DNA from: Thermodesulfovibrionia bacterium
GTDB taxonomy: Bacteria > Nitrospirota > Thermodesulfovibrionia > UBA6902
Length of the DNA: 64,000 bases
Assembly: GCA_030646035.1 (NCBI GenBank)
Contig: JAUSMY010000040.1
Location: 8,081-72,080, forward strand
Reading direction: 5' to 3'
Of the stretch, positions 1 through 9,389 are shown in pieces; positions within the stretch are counted from its first letter, which is position 1; each line of letters begins with the position of its first letter. Under the pieces are notes generated by a model, which saw only the letters and a list, made by a program, of their open reading frames with translations, made no database searches and had not been told where the DNA came from. The position numbers and the translations under genes were made by a program.

Positions 1-1
1 C

Positions 2-508
2 CCTGAAAGTCTGAATCTGAAAGACAAGGTAGTTTTTATTAATAGAGTCGCCAAGGTTGTAAAAGGCGGAAGGAGATTTTCCTTTAGTGCCCTTGTTGTT
101 GTTGGCGATGAAAACGGTTATGTCGGATTTGGTAAGGGCAAAGCTGGAGAGGTTCCCGAGGCCATAAGGAAGGCTATTGAACATGCCAAGAAGAACCTGA
201 TCAAAGTTTCTATGAATAATGGGACTATCCCGCATAGGATAGTAGGCAGTTATGGAGCTGGCAAGGTTGTTATTCAGCCAGGAAAACCTGGAACAGGACT
301 TATTGCCGGAGGGCCTGTAAGGGCTGTTATGGAAATGACTGGGATTCGTAACATAGTTGCAAAGTCTCTAGGCAGCAGAAACCCTTTTAATATGATAAGG
401 GCAACAATAGACGGATTCACCAAATTGCAGGATAGCAACACGGCCCTTAGAAGGGCAGGCAGGGCAGAAGAAGGACAGGAGCAGGGATTAAACAATGATG
501 AATCTTAA
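2..508 (+). CDS. rpsE: 30S ribosomal protein S5 (5' end outside window)
   Basis: Frame running from window start reads ...[36 protein letters not shown]... into track ORF 212..508; canonical position ahead of L30-L15-SecY. Confidence 0.9.
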   Translation, partial: PESLNLKDKVVFINRVAKVVKGGRRFSFSALVVVGDENGYVGFGKGKAGEVPEAIRKAIEHAKKNLIKVSMNNGTIPHRIVGSYGAGKVVIQPGKPGTGLIAGGPVRAVMEMTGIRNIVAKSLGSRNPFNMIRATIDGFTKLQDSNTALRRAGRAEEGQEQGLNNDES

Positions 509-680
509 GATAACATTAAAGCGAAGTGTGATTGGCAAACCTGAAAAACAGAGAAAGATCGTAAGATCTCTTGGTTTGAGAAAACTTCATCAGACAGTAC
601 TGCACAGGGATGAGCCTACGATAAGGGGAATGATCCATAAGATTTCGCATATGCTGGAAGTTGTTGAATCAGAAAAATAA
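495..680 (+). CDS. rpmD: 50S ribosomal protein L30
   Basis: 61-aa [24 protein letters not shown]... typical L30; overlaps rpsE stop; conserved synteny. Confidence 0.9.
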   Translation: MMNLKITLKRSVIGKPEKQRKIVRSLGLRKLHQTVLHRDEPTIRGMIHKISHMLEVVESEK

Positions 681-725
681 TTGAAGATTTCTATATAGTT
701 ATTTAGAGATAAAAAGGAAAAATTA

Positions 726-1163
726 ATGAGATTATCAGATCTTGCACCGGTACCAGGCAGCACAAAGAAGAGAAAGAGGGTTGGAAGAGGACCTGGGTCG
801 GGCCACGGGAAGACATCCTGCAGGGGCCACAAGGGACAGAAAGCAAGAACCGGAGGCGGCACAAGGCCGGGCTTTGAGGGCGGACAGATGCCGCTGCAGC
901 GCAGAACCCCAAAGAGGGGATTCACCAATATTTTCCAGGAGCAGTTTTCTGTTGTCAATGTAGGAGCTTTAAACGATATAACTGAAACTCCGATAACTCC
1001 GGAAGTGCTGGTGGAGAAGGGTTTGATAAAGAATATTGCAAATCCGGTAAAGATACTCGGATCTGGTGAGCTGACAAACTCTATTAATGTTAAAGCTCAT
1101 GCCTTCAGCGCTTCTGCTAAAGAAAAGATAGCCAAAGCAAAGGGTAATGCTGAAACAATATAA
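726..1163 (+). CDS. rplO: 50S ribosomal protein L15
   Basis: 145-aa ORF with Gly/Arg/Lys-rich N-terminus ([25 protein letters not shown]) typical of L15; precedes secY. Confidence 0.93.
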   Translation: MRLSDLAPVPGSTKKRKRVGRGPGSGHGKTSCRGHKGQKARTGGGTRPGFEGGQMPLQRRTPKRGFTNIFQEQFSVVNVGALNDITETPITPEVLVEKGLIKNIANPVKILGSGELTNSINVKAHAFSASAKEKIAKAKGNAETI

Positions 1164-1232
1164 GTTCCAGAGTTTGAAAAGACCTGGTAATACTAAACAC
1201 TCCTTGAGCATTCATTTAGCCGGATAAATAAT

Positions 1233-2540
1233 ATGAGCATAGTCGCGAGCTTTAAAAATGTTTTCAAAATCCCCGAACTGAAGAGCAGGATACTCTTCAC
1301 ACTTGGCCTTTTGGCTGTTTACAGAATAGGCGCACACATCCCGACTCCTGGCATAGACGGTCTGGAGCTTAGCAAGTTCCTTCTGGACAGGGGCGGCGCT
1401 CTTATGGGCTTCTTTGATATGTTCTCAGGAGGTGCCTTGTCAAGAGCCACCATATTTGCTCTGGGAATAATGCCTTACATCAGTGCTTCGATCATACTTC
1501 AACTTCTTACTGTTGTTGTCCCTGCACTTGGGAAATTGGCCAAAGAGGGGGAAAGCGGAAGAAAGAAGATCACCCAATATACGAGATACGGCACGGTAGT
1601 TATAAGTATCATTCAGTCGTTAGGTATAGCAGTCGGTATTGAGAGCATGAACCAGGGTGCTTTTGTACAGGATCCCGGATGGTCGTTCAGGCTGATGACG
1701 ATGCTGACAATGACTTCAGGCACCGCCTTTATCATGTGGCTTGGCGAACAGATAACCGAAAGAGGCATCGGCAACGGGATATCTCTTATAATCTATGCCG
1801 GAATAGTCGCAGGCTTTCCAAATGCTGTTATTAGTTCAATATCTCTTATCAAGGCAGGAGAGATAAACCTTATATTAATGTTGCTTTTGTTAGTTATGAT
1901 GATTGCTGTGATAGCTGTTATTGTCTTCATTGAAAGAGGTCAGCGGAAAATACCTATACAATATGCCAAAAGGGTTGTTGGGAGAAAGGTTTACGGCGGG
2001 CAGAATACGCACCTTCCGCTAAAGATTAATACTGCCGGTGTCATACCTCCTATTTTCGCATCTTCTATTTTAATGTTCCCTGCAACTATCGCAGGATTTA
2101 TCTCTATTCCCTGGGTTCAATCAATTGCAGGCCAGTTTGCTCCTGGGTCTGTATTCTACACATTATCTTTTACCGCAATGGTATTCTTTTTCTGCTATTT
2201 TTATGCTTCTATAACATTTAATCCTGTTGATATAGCGGAGAACCTTAAGAAGCATGGGGGGTTTATCCCTGGCGTAAGACCCGGTCAGAAGACATCAGAC
2301 CACATCTTCAAGGTGCTTTCAAGGATTACTTTCGGCGGTGCGGTCTATCTTGCTTCGGTATGTCTGTTGCCCCAGTTCCTTATAACGTGGTTCAATGTTC
2401 CATTCTATTTCGGCGGCACGTCCATTCTCATCGTGGTCGGTGTGGCGCTTGATACCATTTCACAGATGGAGTCGCATCTTGTTACACGTTCATATGACGG
2501 CTTTCTCAAAAAGGGCAGGATTCGCGGCAGGAGAGGCTGA
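1233..2540 (+). CDS. secY: preprotein translocase subunit SecY
   Basis: 435-aa polytopic membrane protein; conserved SecY segments (GIMPYISASII, translocation channel helices); position after rplO. Confidence 0.95.
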   Translation: MSIVASFKNVFKIPELKSRILFTLGLLAVYRIGAHIPTPGIDGLELSKFLLDRGGALMGFFDMFSGGALSRATIFALGIMPYISASIILQLLTVVVPALGKLAKEGESGRKKITQYTRYGTVVISIIQSLGIAVGIESMNQGAFVQDPGWSFRLMTMLTMTSGTAFIMWLGEQITERGIGNGISLIIYAGIVAGFPNAVISSISLIKAGEINLILMLLLLVMMIAVIAVIVFIERGQRKIPIQYAKRVVGRKVYGGQNTHLPLKINTAGVIPPIFASSILMFPATIAGFISIPWVQSIAGQFAPGSVFYTLSFTAMVFFFCYFYASITFNPVDIAENLKKHGGFIPGVRPGQKTSDHIFKVLSRITFGGAVYLASVCLLPQFLITWFNVPFYFGGTSILIVVGVALDTISQMESHLVTRSYDGFLKKGRIRGRRG

Positions 2541-2589
2541 ATATTATTAAAGGTGATTTGAGTTTTTTGTTTCTTACTGGTATCGATCA

Positions 2590-3339
2590 TTGATAGTTCT
2601 AAAGTCTCAGGATGAAATAGACAGGATGGCAGTAGCATGCCGTATAGTGGCTGAAGTCCTCATGAAGATAAGGGAGAGCATAGTTCCCGGCATGACGACA
2701 AAAGAACTTGATCAAATTGCAGAATCGTATATTTTGTCACAAAAGGCAACGCCGGCTTTTAAGGGTTATAAGGGCTATCCGGCAACACTCTGTACTTCAC
2801 TGAATGATCAGGTAGTACACGGAATACCAGGCCCTGCTGTATTAAAAGAAGGTGATATAATCAGTATTGATGTCGGCGTCTACCAAGGGGGGTTTTATGG
2901 AGACGCTGCCATAACTTTGCCTGTGGGGCAGATATCTGAAGAAGCCGGCAAATTGCTGTCTGCTACAGAAGAAGCACTTTATAAAGGTATTGAAAAAGCA
3001 CTTGTTGGCAACAGGCTTTCAGATATATCTTATGCTGTTCAGAAGCATGCTGAAGCCGATGGTTTTTCAGTTGTAAAGCAATTTGTCGGGCATGGTATCG
3101 GCAGGGAACTTCATGAGGATCCGCAGATCCCTAATTTTGGGAAGCCTGGAGTAGGCCCCATTCTGAGAGATGGCATGACTCTTGCAATTGAGCCTATGAT
3201 AAATGCAGGAACATGGAAAGTAGATGTTATGAATGACGGCTGGACAGCAGTAACCCGTGATCACCGCCTGTCTGCCCATTTCGAGCATACTGTCGCAGTG
3301 ACTAAAAATGGTCCATTAATCTTGACTAAATTTCATTAA
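2590..3339 (+). CDS. map: type I methionine aminopeptidase (TTG start)
   Basis: 249-aa ORF; N-terminus IVLKSQDEIDRM and metal-ligand region (DxxxD, HGIGRELHE, EPM) typical of MetAP; first codon is TTG. Confidence 0.9.
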   Translation: MIVLKSQDEIDRMAVACRIVAEVLMKIRESIVPGMTTKELDQIAESYILSQKATPAFKGYKGYPATLCTSLNDQVVHGIPGPAVLKEGDIISIDVGVYQGGFYGDAAITLPVGQISEEAGKLLSATEEALYKGIEKALVGNRLSDISYAVQKHAEADGFSVVKQFVGHGIGRELHEDPQIPNFGKPGVGPILRDGMTLAIEPMINAGTWKVDVMNDGWTAVTRDHRLSAHFEHTVAVTKNGPLILTKFH

Positions 3340-3363
3340 ATTATTTATACTTACAAGTTAAAA

Positions 3364-3582
3364 ATGACAAAGGAAGAGTCAATAGAGGTACAAGGCACCA
3401 TTCTGAAGAATCTGCCCAATGCGATGTTTAAGGTTGAGCTGGAGAATGGGCAGGAGATACTGGCATATGTTTCAGGGAAGATGCGCATGCATTTTATAAA
3501 GATACTTCCCGGTGACAAGGTAACCGTTGCTCTTTCGCCTTATGACCTTTCTAAAGGCAGAATAACATACAGGTATAAATAG
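3364..3582 (+). CDS. infA: translation initiation factor IF-1
   Basis: 72-aa [57 protein letters not shown]1-like IF-1 fold. Confidence 0.95.
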   Translation: MTKEESIEVQGTILKNLPNAMFKVELENGQEILAYVSGKMRMHFIKILPGDKVTVALSPYDLSKGRITYRYK

Positions 3583-3627
3583 AAAAGTTATTGCTTGAAA
3601 AAATAATATTTTAAAATTGAGGGATAA

Positions 3628-3741
3628 ATGAAAGTGCGTTCATCAGTAAAACCAATGTGTACAAAATGCAAGATAATTAAGAGAGAGGGGATTCTACGCG
3701 TTATTTGTACCAACCCCAAACACAAGCAGAGACAAGGGTGA
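3628..3741 (+). CDS. rpmJ: 50S ribosomal protein L36
   Basis: Hand-translated 37-aa [40 protein letters not shown] with zinc-ribbon Cys/His pattern; below the ORF-track size cutoff; sits between infA and rpsM. Confidence 0.85.
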   Translation: MKVRSSVKPMCTKCKIIKREGILRVICTNPKHKQRQG

Positions 3742-3747
3742 TAACAA

Positions 3748-3793
3748 GTTAAGAGTTGAGGATTAACTTGCCTGTTAACATTCAACTCTTAAC
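3748..3793 (+). promoter_or_regulatory. 12-bp-stem hairpin in rpmJ-rpsM spacer (possible leader regulatory or processing structure)
   Basis: gttaagagttga at 3748-3759 is the exact reverse complement of tcaactcttaac at 3782-3793; 22-nt loop; 24 nt upstream of rpsM GTG start. Confidence 0.3.
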
Positions 3794-3817
3794 TCATAAT
3801 TATTTTAAGGAGAGAAA

Positions 3818-4186
3818 GTGAGAATAGCAGGAGTAGATTTACAAAACAATGAGAGGATAGAGATAGGACTTACAAAAATCTTTGGTATAGGGCGGACTGC
3901 TTCCATGAATATACTTAAGGAAGCCGGAGTCGACTTTAACAAGAGAGTCAAGGACATTACTGACGAGGAAGGCATTAAGATAAGGGCTGCTATAGATAAG
4001 GATTTTACGGTTGAGGGTGATCTCAGGCGTGAGGTAGCCATGAACATAAAGAGGCTGCGTGATATAGGCAGTTACAGGGGAACCAGGCATAAACTTAAAC
4101 TCCCTTCGAGAGGGCAGAGGACAAAGACTAATGCCCGTACGCGTAAGGGCGCTAAAAAATCTATTGGCGGGCTTCAGAAAAAATAA
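3818..4186 (+). CDS. rpsM: 30S ribosomal protein S13 (GTG start)
   Basis: 122-aa ORF (M)[28 protein letters not shown]...; GGAG-type RBS upstream; GTG initiation codon. Confidence 0.95.
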   Translation: MRIAGVDLQNNERIEIGLTKIFGIGRTASMNILKEAGVDFNKRVKDITDEEGIKIRAAIDKDFTVEGDLRREVAMNIKRLRDIGSYRGTRHKLKLPSRGQRTKTNARTRKGAKKSIGGLQKK

Positions 4187-4239
4187 TATTCACTGAAACA
4201 ATATCCAGATTGTAATTATATATAAGGATTGGAGGATTA

Positions 4240-4626
4240 ATGGCCCAGAAGAAGCGAGGCGGAAAAAAAGAGAAAAAGGCAGTTCATTCAGGTTCAGTAT
4301 TTATTCAGGCTACTTTTAATAATACAATAGTTACAATAACTGATAAATCAGGCAATGTTGTCGCATGGTCTTCAGCAGGTGCCCATGGTTTTAAAGGTTC
4401 AAGAAAAGGCACGCCATATGCTGCGCAGATCACTGCGGAAAATGCCTCAAAGAAGGCGATGGGATTTGGAATGCGCCAGGTCGATATATTTGTCAAGGGT
4501 CCGGGAGCAGGCAGGGAATCGGCGATAAGGGCCGTGTCTTCAGCCGGACTCGGAGTTAATATAATAAGAGATATTACACCTGTTCCGCATAACGGCACAA
4601 GGCCGCCGAAGAGGAGAAGAGTCTAA
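4240..4626 (+). CDS. rpsK: 30S ribosomal protein S11
   Basis: 128-aa ORF with S11 core ([35 protein letters not shown]); RBS ggagg upstream. Confidence 0.95.
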   Translation: MAQKKRGGKKEKKAVHSGSVFIQATFNNTIVTITDKSGNVVAWSSAGAHGFKGSRKGTPYAAQITAENASKKAMGFGMRQVDIFVKGPGAGRESAIRAVSSAGLGVNIIRDITPVPHNGTRPPKRRRV

Positions 4627-5252
4627 TGGCAAGATACACAGGAGCCCTCTGCAGGCTGTGCAGAAGGGAAGGGGAGAAACTCTTCCTTAAAGGTGACAGA
4701 TGTTTTATGGATAAATGTGCTGTAGAGAGGAGAAAGTATCCCCCAGGACAGCATGGCCAGCGAAGAAAGAAGATGTCCGACTATGCCGTCCAGTTAAGGG
4801 CTAAACAGAAGGCTAAGGAAACTTACAGTGTGCTTGAGCGTCAGTTTAAGAAATATTTTTACATGGCGGATAAAATGAGCGGGGTTACAGGAAGTAATCT
4901 TCTTAAAATTCTTGAGAGCAGGCTTGACAATGTTGTTTTCCGTCTTGGCTTTGCTGCAAACCGCAACCAGGCAAGACAGTTAGTGACACACGGCCACTTT
5001 ACCGTGAACGGCAAACCTGTAAATATATCTTCATACCTTGTTCGCGCAGGTGATGTTGTAAGTCCGAGTGAAGCCGGCAAGAAGTTCAAGGTCATTCAGG
5101 AAAACATGGAAAAAGTTCAGCAGAAGGGAGTATTGTCCTGGCTTGAAATGGATATTGAAGGCCTGAAGGGCAAGGTTCTGCATCTTCCTGAAAGAGATGA
5201 AATAGATATTCCTGTTCAGGAACAGCTCATAGTTGAGCTTTATTCAAAATAA
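4626..5252 (+). CDS. rpsD: 30S ribosomal protein S4
   Basis: 208-aa [30 protein letters not shown]... (S4 zinc-ribbon-like N-terminus and S4 RNA-binding domain); start overlaps rpsK stop. Confidence 0.95.
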   Translation: MARYTGALCRLCRREGEKLFLKGDRCFMDKCAVERRKYPPGQHGQRRKKMSDYAVQLRAKQKAKETYSVLERQFKKYFYMADKMSGVTGSNLLKILESRLDNVVFRLGFAANRNQARQLVTHGHFTVNGKPVNISSYLVRAGDVVSPSEAGKKFKVIQENMEKVQQKGVLSWLEMDIEGLKGKVLHLPERDEIDIPVQEQLIVELYSK

Positions 5253-5339
5253 TTTTAATATTCTTAAGTTAAAAGTTATTAATAATTTTTTTAATTTTTA
5301 GCTTTTAACTTGTAACTTTTTTCATATTTTGGAGGACAG

Positions 5340-6425
5340 ATGGAATTCAAAAAAAGAGGTTTTAACATTCCTGAAAGGGTTGTTTTTGATTCAGGCAGCG
5401 ACCATAAATATGGCAAGCTTATCGCCGAACCATTTGAAAGAGGCTATGGCACTACTGTAGGTAACGCATTAAGAAGGGTTTTGCTTTCTTCTATTGAAGG
5501 GGCAGCGGTTACTTCTGTAAAGATTCCTGGAGTGCTTCATGAGTTTTCCACGCTGCAGGGCCTTAAAGAGGATGTCGTTGATCTCATACTCAACATCAAG
5601 CAGCTCAGATTCAAGATGCATTCAGATGAACCCAAGGTTGTAACTATTGAGATAAGCGGCCCCGGGGAGGTCAAGGGCAGGGATATTATCACTGATGCCG
5701 ATGTCGAGGTTCTTACCCCTGATCAGCATATTGCAACCCTTGACAAGAAGATGAAATTTACTGCTGAACTCAAGATTGAAAAGGGCACCGGCTACAGAGT
5801 GCCTGATGAAGTGCACGGTGAGGATGAAACCGTGGATATGATAAAGGTAGACTCTATATTCACCCCTGTCAGGAAGGTCAACTTTTGGATAGAGGGGGCC
5901 AGGGTTGGCCGTTCAACCGACTTTGATAAGCTTATCATGGAGATATGGACTGACGGCAGTATCACTCCTCAGGAAGCTCTTTCCCAGGCCGCAAATATAC
6001 TAAATGAACATATATCTCTTTTTTCCATGGATGAGGAAGTGAAAAAGGAAGTTATAGATACAGATGCATATGCAGATGATATTGTTCCTGATGAAGAAGA
6101 TGATGATAGTTCGTTTGAGGAGATGGATGAAGAGGAAGAACCGAGTTCACTGAGTGTGTTTAATGACAATCTCCTTAAGAGCGTTGATGAACTTGAGCTT
6201 TCAGTACGTTCAAATAACTGCCTTAAGAATGCAAATATATTTACAATTGCCGACCTTGTACAGAGGACTGAGTCTGAGATGCTCAGGACTAAAAACTTCG
6301 GCAGAAAGTCACTAAACGAGATAAAAGAGGTAGTTTTAAAGATGGGCCTGCACTTTAACATGAGGATTGAACCAGATGTGTTGAAGAAACTGGAGAAGGC
6401 CAGAGGAGTCAAGCATGCGTCATAA
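5340..6425 (+). CDS. rpoA: DNA-directed RNA polymerase alpha subunit with long acidic inter-domain linker
   Basis: 361-aa ORF; N-terminal domain (GYGTTVGNALRRVLLSS) and C-terminal domain (ELSVRSNNCLKNANIFTIADLVQRTESEMLRTKNFGRKSLNEIKE); RBS ggagg. Confidence 0.95.
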   Translation: MEFKKRGFNIPERVVFDSGSDHKYGKLIAEPFERGYGTTVGNALRRVLLSSIEGAAVTSVKIPGVLHEFSTLQGLKEDVVDLILNIKQLRFKMHSDEPKVVTIEISGPGEVKGRDIITDADVEVLTPDQHIATLDKKMKFTAELKIEKGTGYRVPDEVHGEDETVDMIKVDSIFTPVRKVNFWIEGARVGRSTDFDKLIMEIWTDGSITPQEALSQAANILNEHISLFSMDEEVKKEVIDTDAYADDIVPDEEDDDSSFEEMDEEEEPSSLSVFNDNLLKSVDELELSVRSNNCLKNANIFTIADLVQRTESEMLRTKNFGRKSLNEIKEVVLKMGLHFNMRIEPDVLKKLEKARGVKHAS

Positions 6426-6852
6426 AGTAGCCGGCAGAGGATTTGGAAGGAACACAAAGCAGAGGAAAGCACTTTTGAGGGGTTTGGTAATATCACTTTT
6501 AACCCACTTAAAGATAGAGACGACCGTTGCCAAGGCAAAAGAGACAAGGAAGATAGCTGAGAAGATAATCACTCTCGGCAAGAAGGGCGACCTGCATGCA
6601 AGAAGGCTTGCGATGTCATCTATTCCTGATGAGAACTCCATCACCAAACTCTTTAATGAAATAGCACCGAAGATAAGCCGCACCAGCGGTTACCTTAGAG
6701 TGCTGCAGACCCGCAACAGGATAGGCGACAATGCTTCAATGGCTGTGCTTGAGTTTGTTGATTATGAGAAGCTCCAGAACAAAGAGGAGATAGAGCAGAA
6801 GGCAAAGAAGAAAGAGGCAAAGGCTGCGAAAGCAGAGACGACAGAAAAGTAA
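6415..6852 (+). CDS. rplQ: 50S ribosomal protein L17
   Basis: 145-aa ORF MRHKVAGRGFGRNTKQRKALLRGLV...; Lys/Ala-rich C-terminal tail; overlaps rpoA end. Confidence 0.93.
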   Translation: MRHKVAGRGFGRNTKQRKALLRGLVISLLTHLKIETTVAKAKETRKIAEKIITLGKKGDLHARRLAMSSIPDENSITKLFNEIAPKISRTSGYLRVLQTRNRIGDNASMAVLEFVDYEKLQNKEEIEQKAKKKEAKAAKAETTEK

Positions 6853-6876
6853 AGTTTAATTAATATAAATCACCCT

Positions 6877-6907
6877 AAGGCCTGTGAGCGATCACAGGCC
6901 TTTTTTT
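6877..6907 (+). terminator. Rho-independent terminator after rplQ
   Basis: aaggcctgtga (6877-6887) pairs with tcacaggcctt (6892-6901) around loop gcga, followed by T7 run; 25 nt after rplQ stop. Confidence 0.8.
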
Positions 6908-6996
6908 GATTTCAACTTTTGACATAAGGGGCGTACTTTAGTTCATCCTACTTGATGGATGGGTTGGGCGTCGGTTACCCGCGGAACATCATTGCT

Positions 6997-7650
6997 TCAT
7001 TGTGCGATCCACTCGTGAGTGCAGCCAGGGTTCTCCTTGATATTGGGGCTGTTGTATAGCCTGGGTTTAATCCCGAATAATAATGGGTTGGTTCCGTAGT
7101 ACCTCATCTGCGCGTAGGCGGTATCCTTACAAAAATTCTTGTTGCGCACGGTATAGGCCGCGATAACCAATCCCGTGCGGTCCTTCCCATGGCTGCAATG
7201 CACCAAGACCGGCCAATTATTTCCTTTCTCTAATGCTTCTATCGCTTGCTTGAGAATATTTTCATCTGGACTGGCCCATGGGTTTAAGTTATGCGGGAAG
7301 TCTTCCGGTTGCATGTAAAGAGGGATTACATTGATATTATGCTTCTTGGCGAGACGAAGTTCTTCTGACTCGTCTGCATCAGACGAGAATTTGTTCAGCT
7401 TGACCACGGTCTTGATGCCTATCTTCTCCAGATAGCACCAATCTGCATCTCCCTTTGGTTGACCGCTTCGGTAGATTGCACCTACACCATCAGTGCCACC
7501 TGGGATTACGATATGGAAGTTATAGACTGGGGCTGGATGCGGATCCTTTATAGCGATAACAGCTGACGGTTGCGTCAATGTCGCGCATGCTGTCAGGATT
7601 AAGCAAACGCCCAACATTGCAAGACGTATAACAGGATATACATTTCGCAT
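6997..7650 (-). CDS. predicted lipoprotein with protein-tyrosine/dual-specificity phosphatase-like domain
   Basis: 217-aa ORF; signal peptide with lipobox LILTAC; HCSHGKDRTG matches the HCX5R(S/T) P-loop of Cys-based phosphatases (codons at 7171-7200); RBS aaggag upstream; sampled lines about 50% GC. Confidence 0.6.
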   Translation of the reverse strand: MRNVYPVIRLAMLGVCLILTACATLTQPSAVIAIKDPHPAPVYNFHIVIPGGTDGVGAIYRSGQPKGDADWCYLEKIGIKTVVKLNKFSSDADESEELRLAKKHNINVIPLYMQPEDFPHNLNPWASPDENILKQAIEALEKGNNWPVLVHCSHGKDRTGLVIAAYTVRNKNFCKDTAYAQMRYYGTNPLLFGIKPRLYNSPNIKENPGCTHEWIAQ

Positions 7651-7763
7651 AACTACTCCTTGCTTTTGTCAGATTTAGGTATCTCTCTCCGCCCAACGCC
7701 GAGCTAACCTGAGCGACGCTGTTTGCCGCGTCTGGTTGAGCGCCGTGTTAGGTGAATGCTGAA

Positions 7764-8444
7764 TCACTTACGTTTCTTATTTACTAGATATGGCAGTGAA
7801 GTCGCGTGTTCAATAATTCCCTCAACCTCATTCGCTTTGCAGCTATGGGCATCCCAATTGCGCCATTTTGACTGCTTAAGCATGACTGTAAGATTCTTCT
7901 TTTCTTTGATATAGCTGAGCAGCTTCGCTACATGTGCCTCCTCTACCACAAGGGAAAAACAATCCGACATGCTAGGTTTGGTTGAGCCGTGCAACCAAGC
8001 TAGGAGTGTCAAATCATAGGTGCCATCCTTAGTCATCTGGTACTCAAATGGGCGTTCAATCGAAGAAGAAAACTGAACCTGCTTAGTGACATTCTCTCCA
8101 CCAAAGACTGTGATAGGAACTGCCAGTGAGTCACGTATTAATTCCCCGCTCTCTCCAAAGGCAAGGTAATAAGCAGGTTCAAGAAGGTAACCCTCGGGGC
8201 TGCCGCTATGCTGGATCAAGAGGGCAACTCTATCAACGGTGAGATGCTTGGAGCCAGCATTCGCAAAATTCACTGCCAAGATGAACGAGACAGGCCCCTC
8301 CAAGTCGTGGCTGATGGCAGTGTGCTCACCAGCGGTGAGATGGAGTTCGCCCATACGAAATTTTGATACGTATAGACTGATAATTGAGCCGAGCAATGCT
8401 ACTATTGAAATAACAATGGGCACTAGATCCTTCATCTCAATCAT
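7764..8444 (-). CDS. membrane-anchored hypothetical protein
   Basis: 226-aa ORF with one N-terminal TM helix (LVPIVISIVALLGSIISLYV) then soluble domain with no motif I recognise; strong RBS ggaggg upstream. Confidence 0.5.
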   Translation of the reverse strand: MIEMKDLVPIVISIVALLGSIISLYVSKFRMGELHLTAGEHTAISHDLEGPVSFILAVNFANAGSKHLTVDRVALLIQHSGSPEGYLLEPAYYLAFGESGELIRDSLAVPITVFGGENVTKQVQFSSSIERPFEYQMTKDGTYDLTLLAWLHGSTKPSMSDCFSLVVEEAHVAKLLSYIKEKKNLTVMLKQSKWRNWDAHSCKANEVEGIIEHATSLPYLVNKKRK

Positions 8445-8612
8445 GGTATGTCCCTCCAGATTCTATTCATTTGACTTGCTTCCCACATAACGTAAAGCTC
8501 AGTGACGAGTACCACTGCAAGATAACAACAAACCTCCAAACCAATTTGCATACCTCATAACAATGCTACCTCAAAAAGTGTCCTGTGGTACTCGTTCATC
8601 TGCAGCGCATGG

Positions 8613-9389
8613 TTATGCCTCCGCTGGATTGACTTCGTCTCTTGTATAACCAAATCTTTTAGCAAAAAGAATGTCAATATAGTCAGTAAGAAGAAAAAAG
8701 AAACCAAATAATTCATGTGAACTATTAATGTCAATGAAAATCATCTTGTCTTTTTCAAGAATACTTGAAGCATGGACAATTCTGTGACGTACCTGCGCTA
8801 GATCATCTAGAAAATGTAATGGGTTTTTGTGTTTTGTGCCCTCAAACTCCAGTGGAAAACTAGAGTAATGATTAACTATATCGTTTGCTCTATACCCAAT
8901 ATTAAAAACTTCACTCATCTTGCAAAATTTACCATCCCATTTTCGTGACATGAGTATATCCCGAGAAATATCAAATTGATTTTCAGTGATACCAACAGCC
9001 TGAAAAGAACGGTCAAAAAGTTGGTATAAATATGTTTCAAAAGAACCATAAAACATTACCAAGGTCTGTCTCGTCAAAACATTAACTCCATCAACTGTGA
9101 AGTTAAGTAATCGTGCAGCAGGCATAACAACATAATTGCCACTATTAAGTTGAATTTTGATAGGTGTCTTTTCTTTGAATGGTAACTTGGGAATAATCGT
9201 TTCTGCATAACGTTTTTTACATTCATCAAGGGAGAATTTAGTAACATAAAGAAATCCAGTAATTTCATTGAGTCGTCTAAAAAACAATCGTCGCTCTAAC
9301 GTACACTTGGTTTTTGGTAAAACAAAAGTGTCACCTGCATAAGGATCTGGTCCCATATTTAATGGATTTTGAGAATCGTCTGATGTCAT
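8613..9389 (-). CDS. hypothetical protein, strongly AT-rich gene; C-terminal R-x4-H motif (possible HEPN-like)
   Basis: 258-aa ORF, no TM or signal peptide; sampled 60-nt lines give about 25-35% GC; motif RHRIVH at residues 201-206. Confidence 0.5.
   Translation of the reverse strand: MTSDDSQNPLNMGPDPYAGDTFVLPKTKCTLERRLFFRRLNEITGFLYVTKFSLDECKKRYAETIIPKLPFKEKTPIKIQLNSGNYVVMPAARLLNFTVDGVNVLTRQTLVMFYGSFETYLYQLFDRSFQAVGITENQFDISRDILMSRKWDGKFCKMSEVFNIGYRANDIVNHYSSFPLEFEGTKHKNPLHFLDDLAQVRHRIVHASSILEKDKMIFIDINSSHELFGFFFLLTDYIDILFAKRFGYTRDEVNPAEA

Noticed and set aside
274-963. Track ORFs antisense or out of frame within rpsE/rpmD/rplO (274..495 -, 590..958 -, 703..912 -, 742..963 +)
   Set aside because: They overlap strongly supported ribosomal-protein genes, have low-complexity Pro/Arg/Ser-rich translations and no RBS; these are shadow ORFs.
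5253-5339. AT-rich imperfect inverted repeat (aagttaaaag / cttttaactt) between rpsD and rpoA
   Set aside because: Short stem composed almost entirely of A/T; a stable structure is unlikely.
5969-6547. 192-aa Ser-rich ORF on the minus strand inside rpoA
   Set aside because: It is the antisense reading of the acidic linker codons of rpoA; low complexity and no independent signals.
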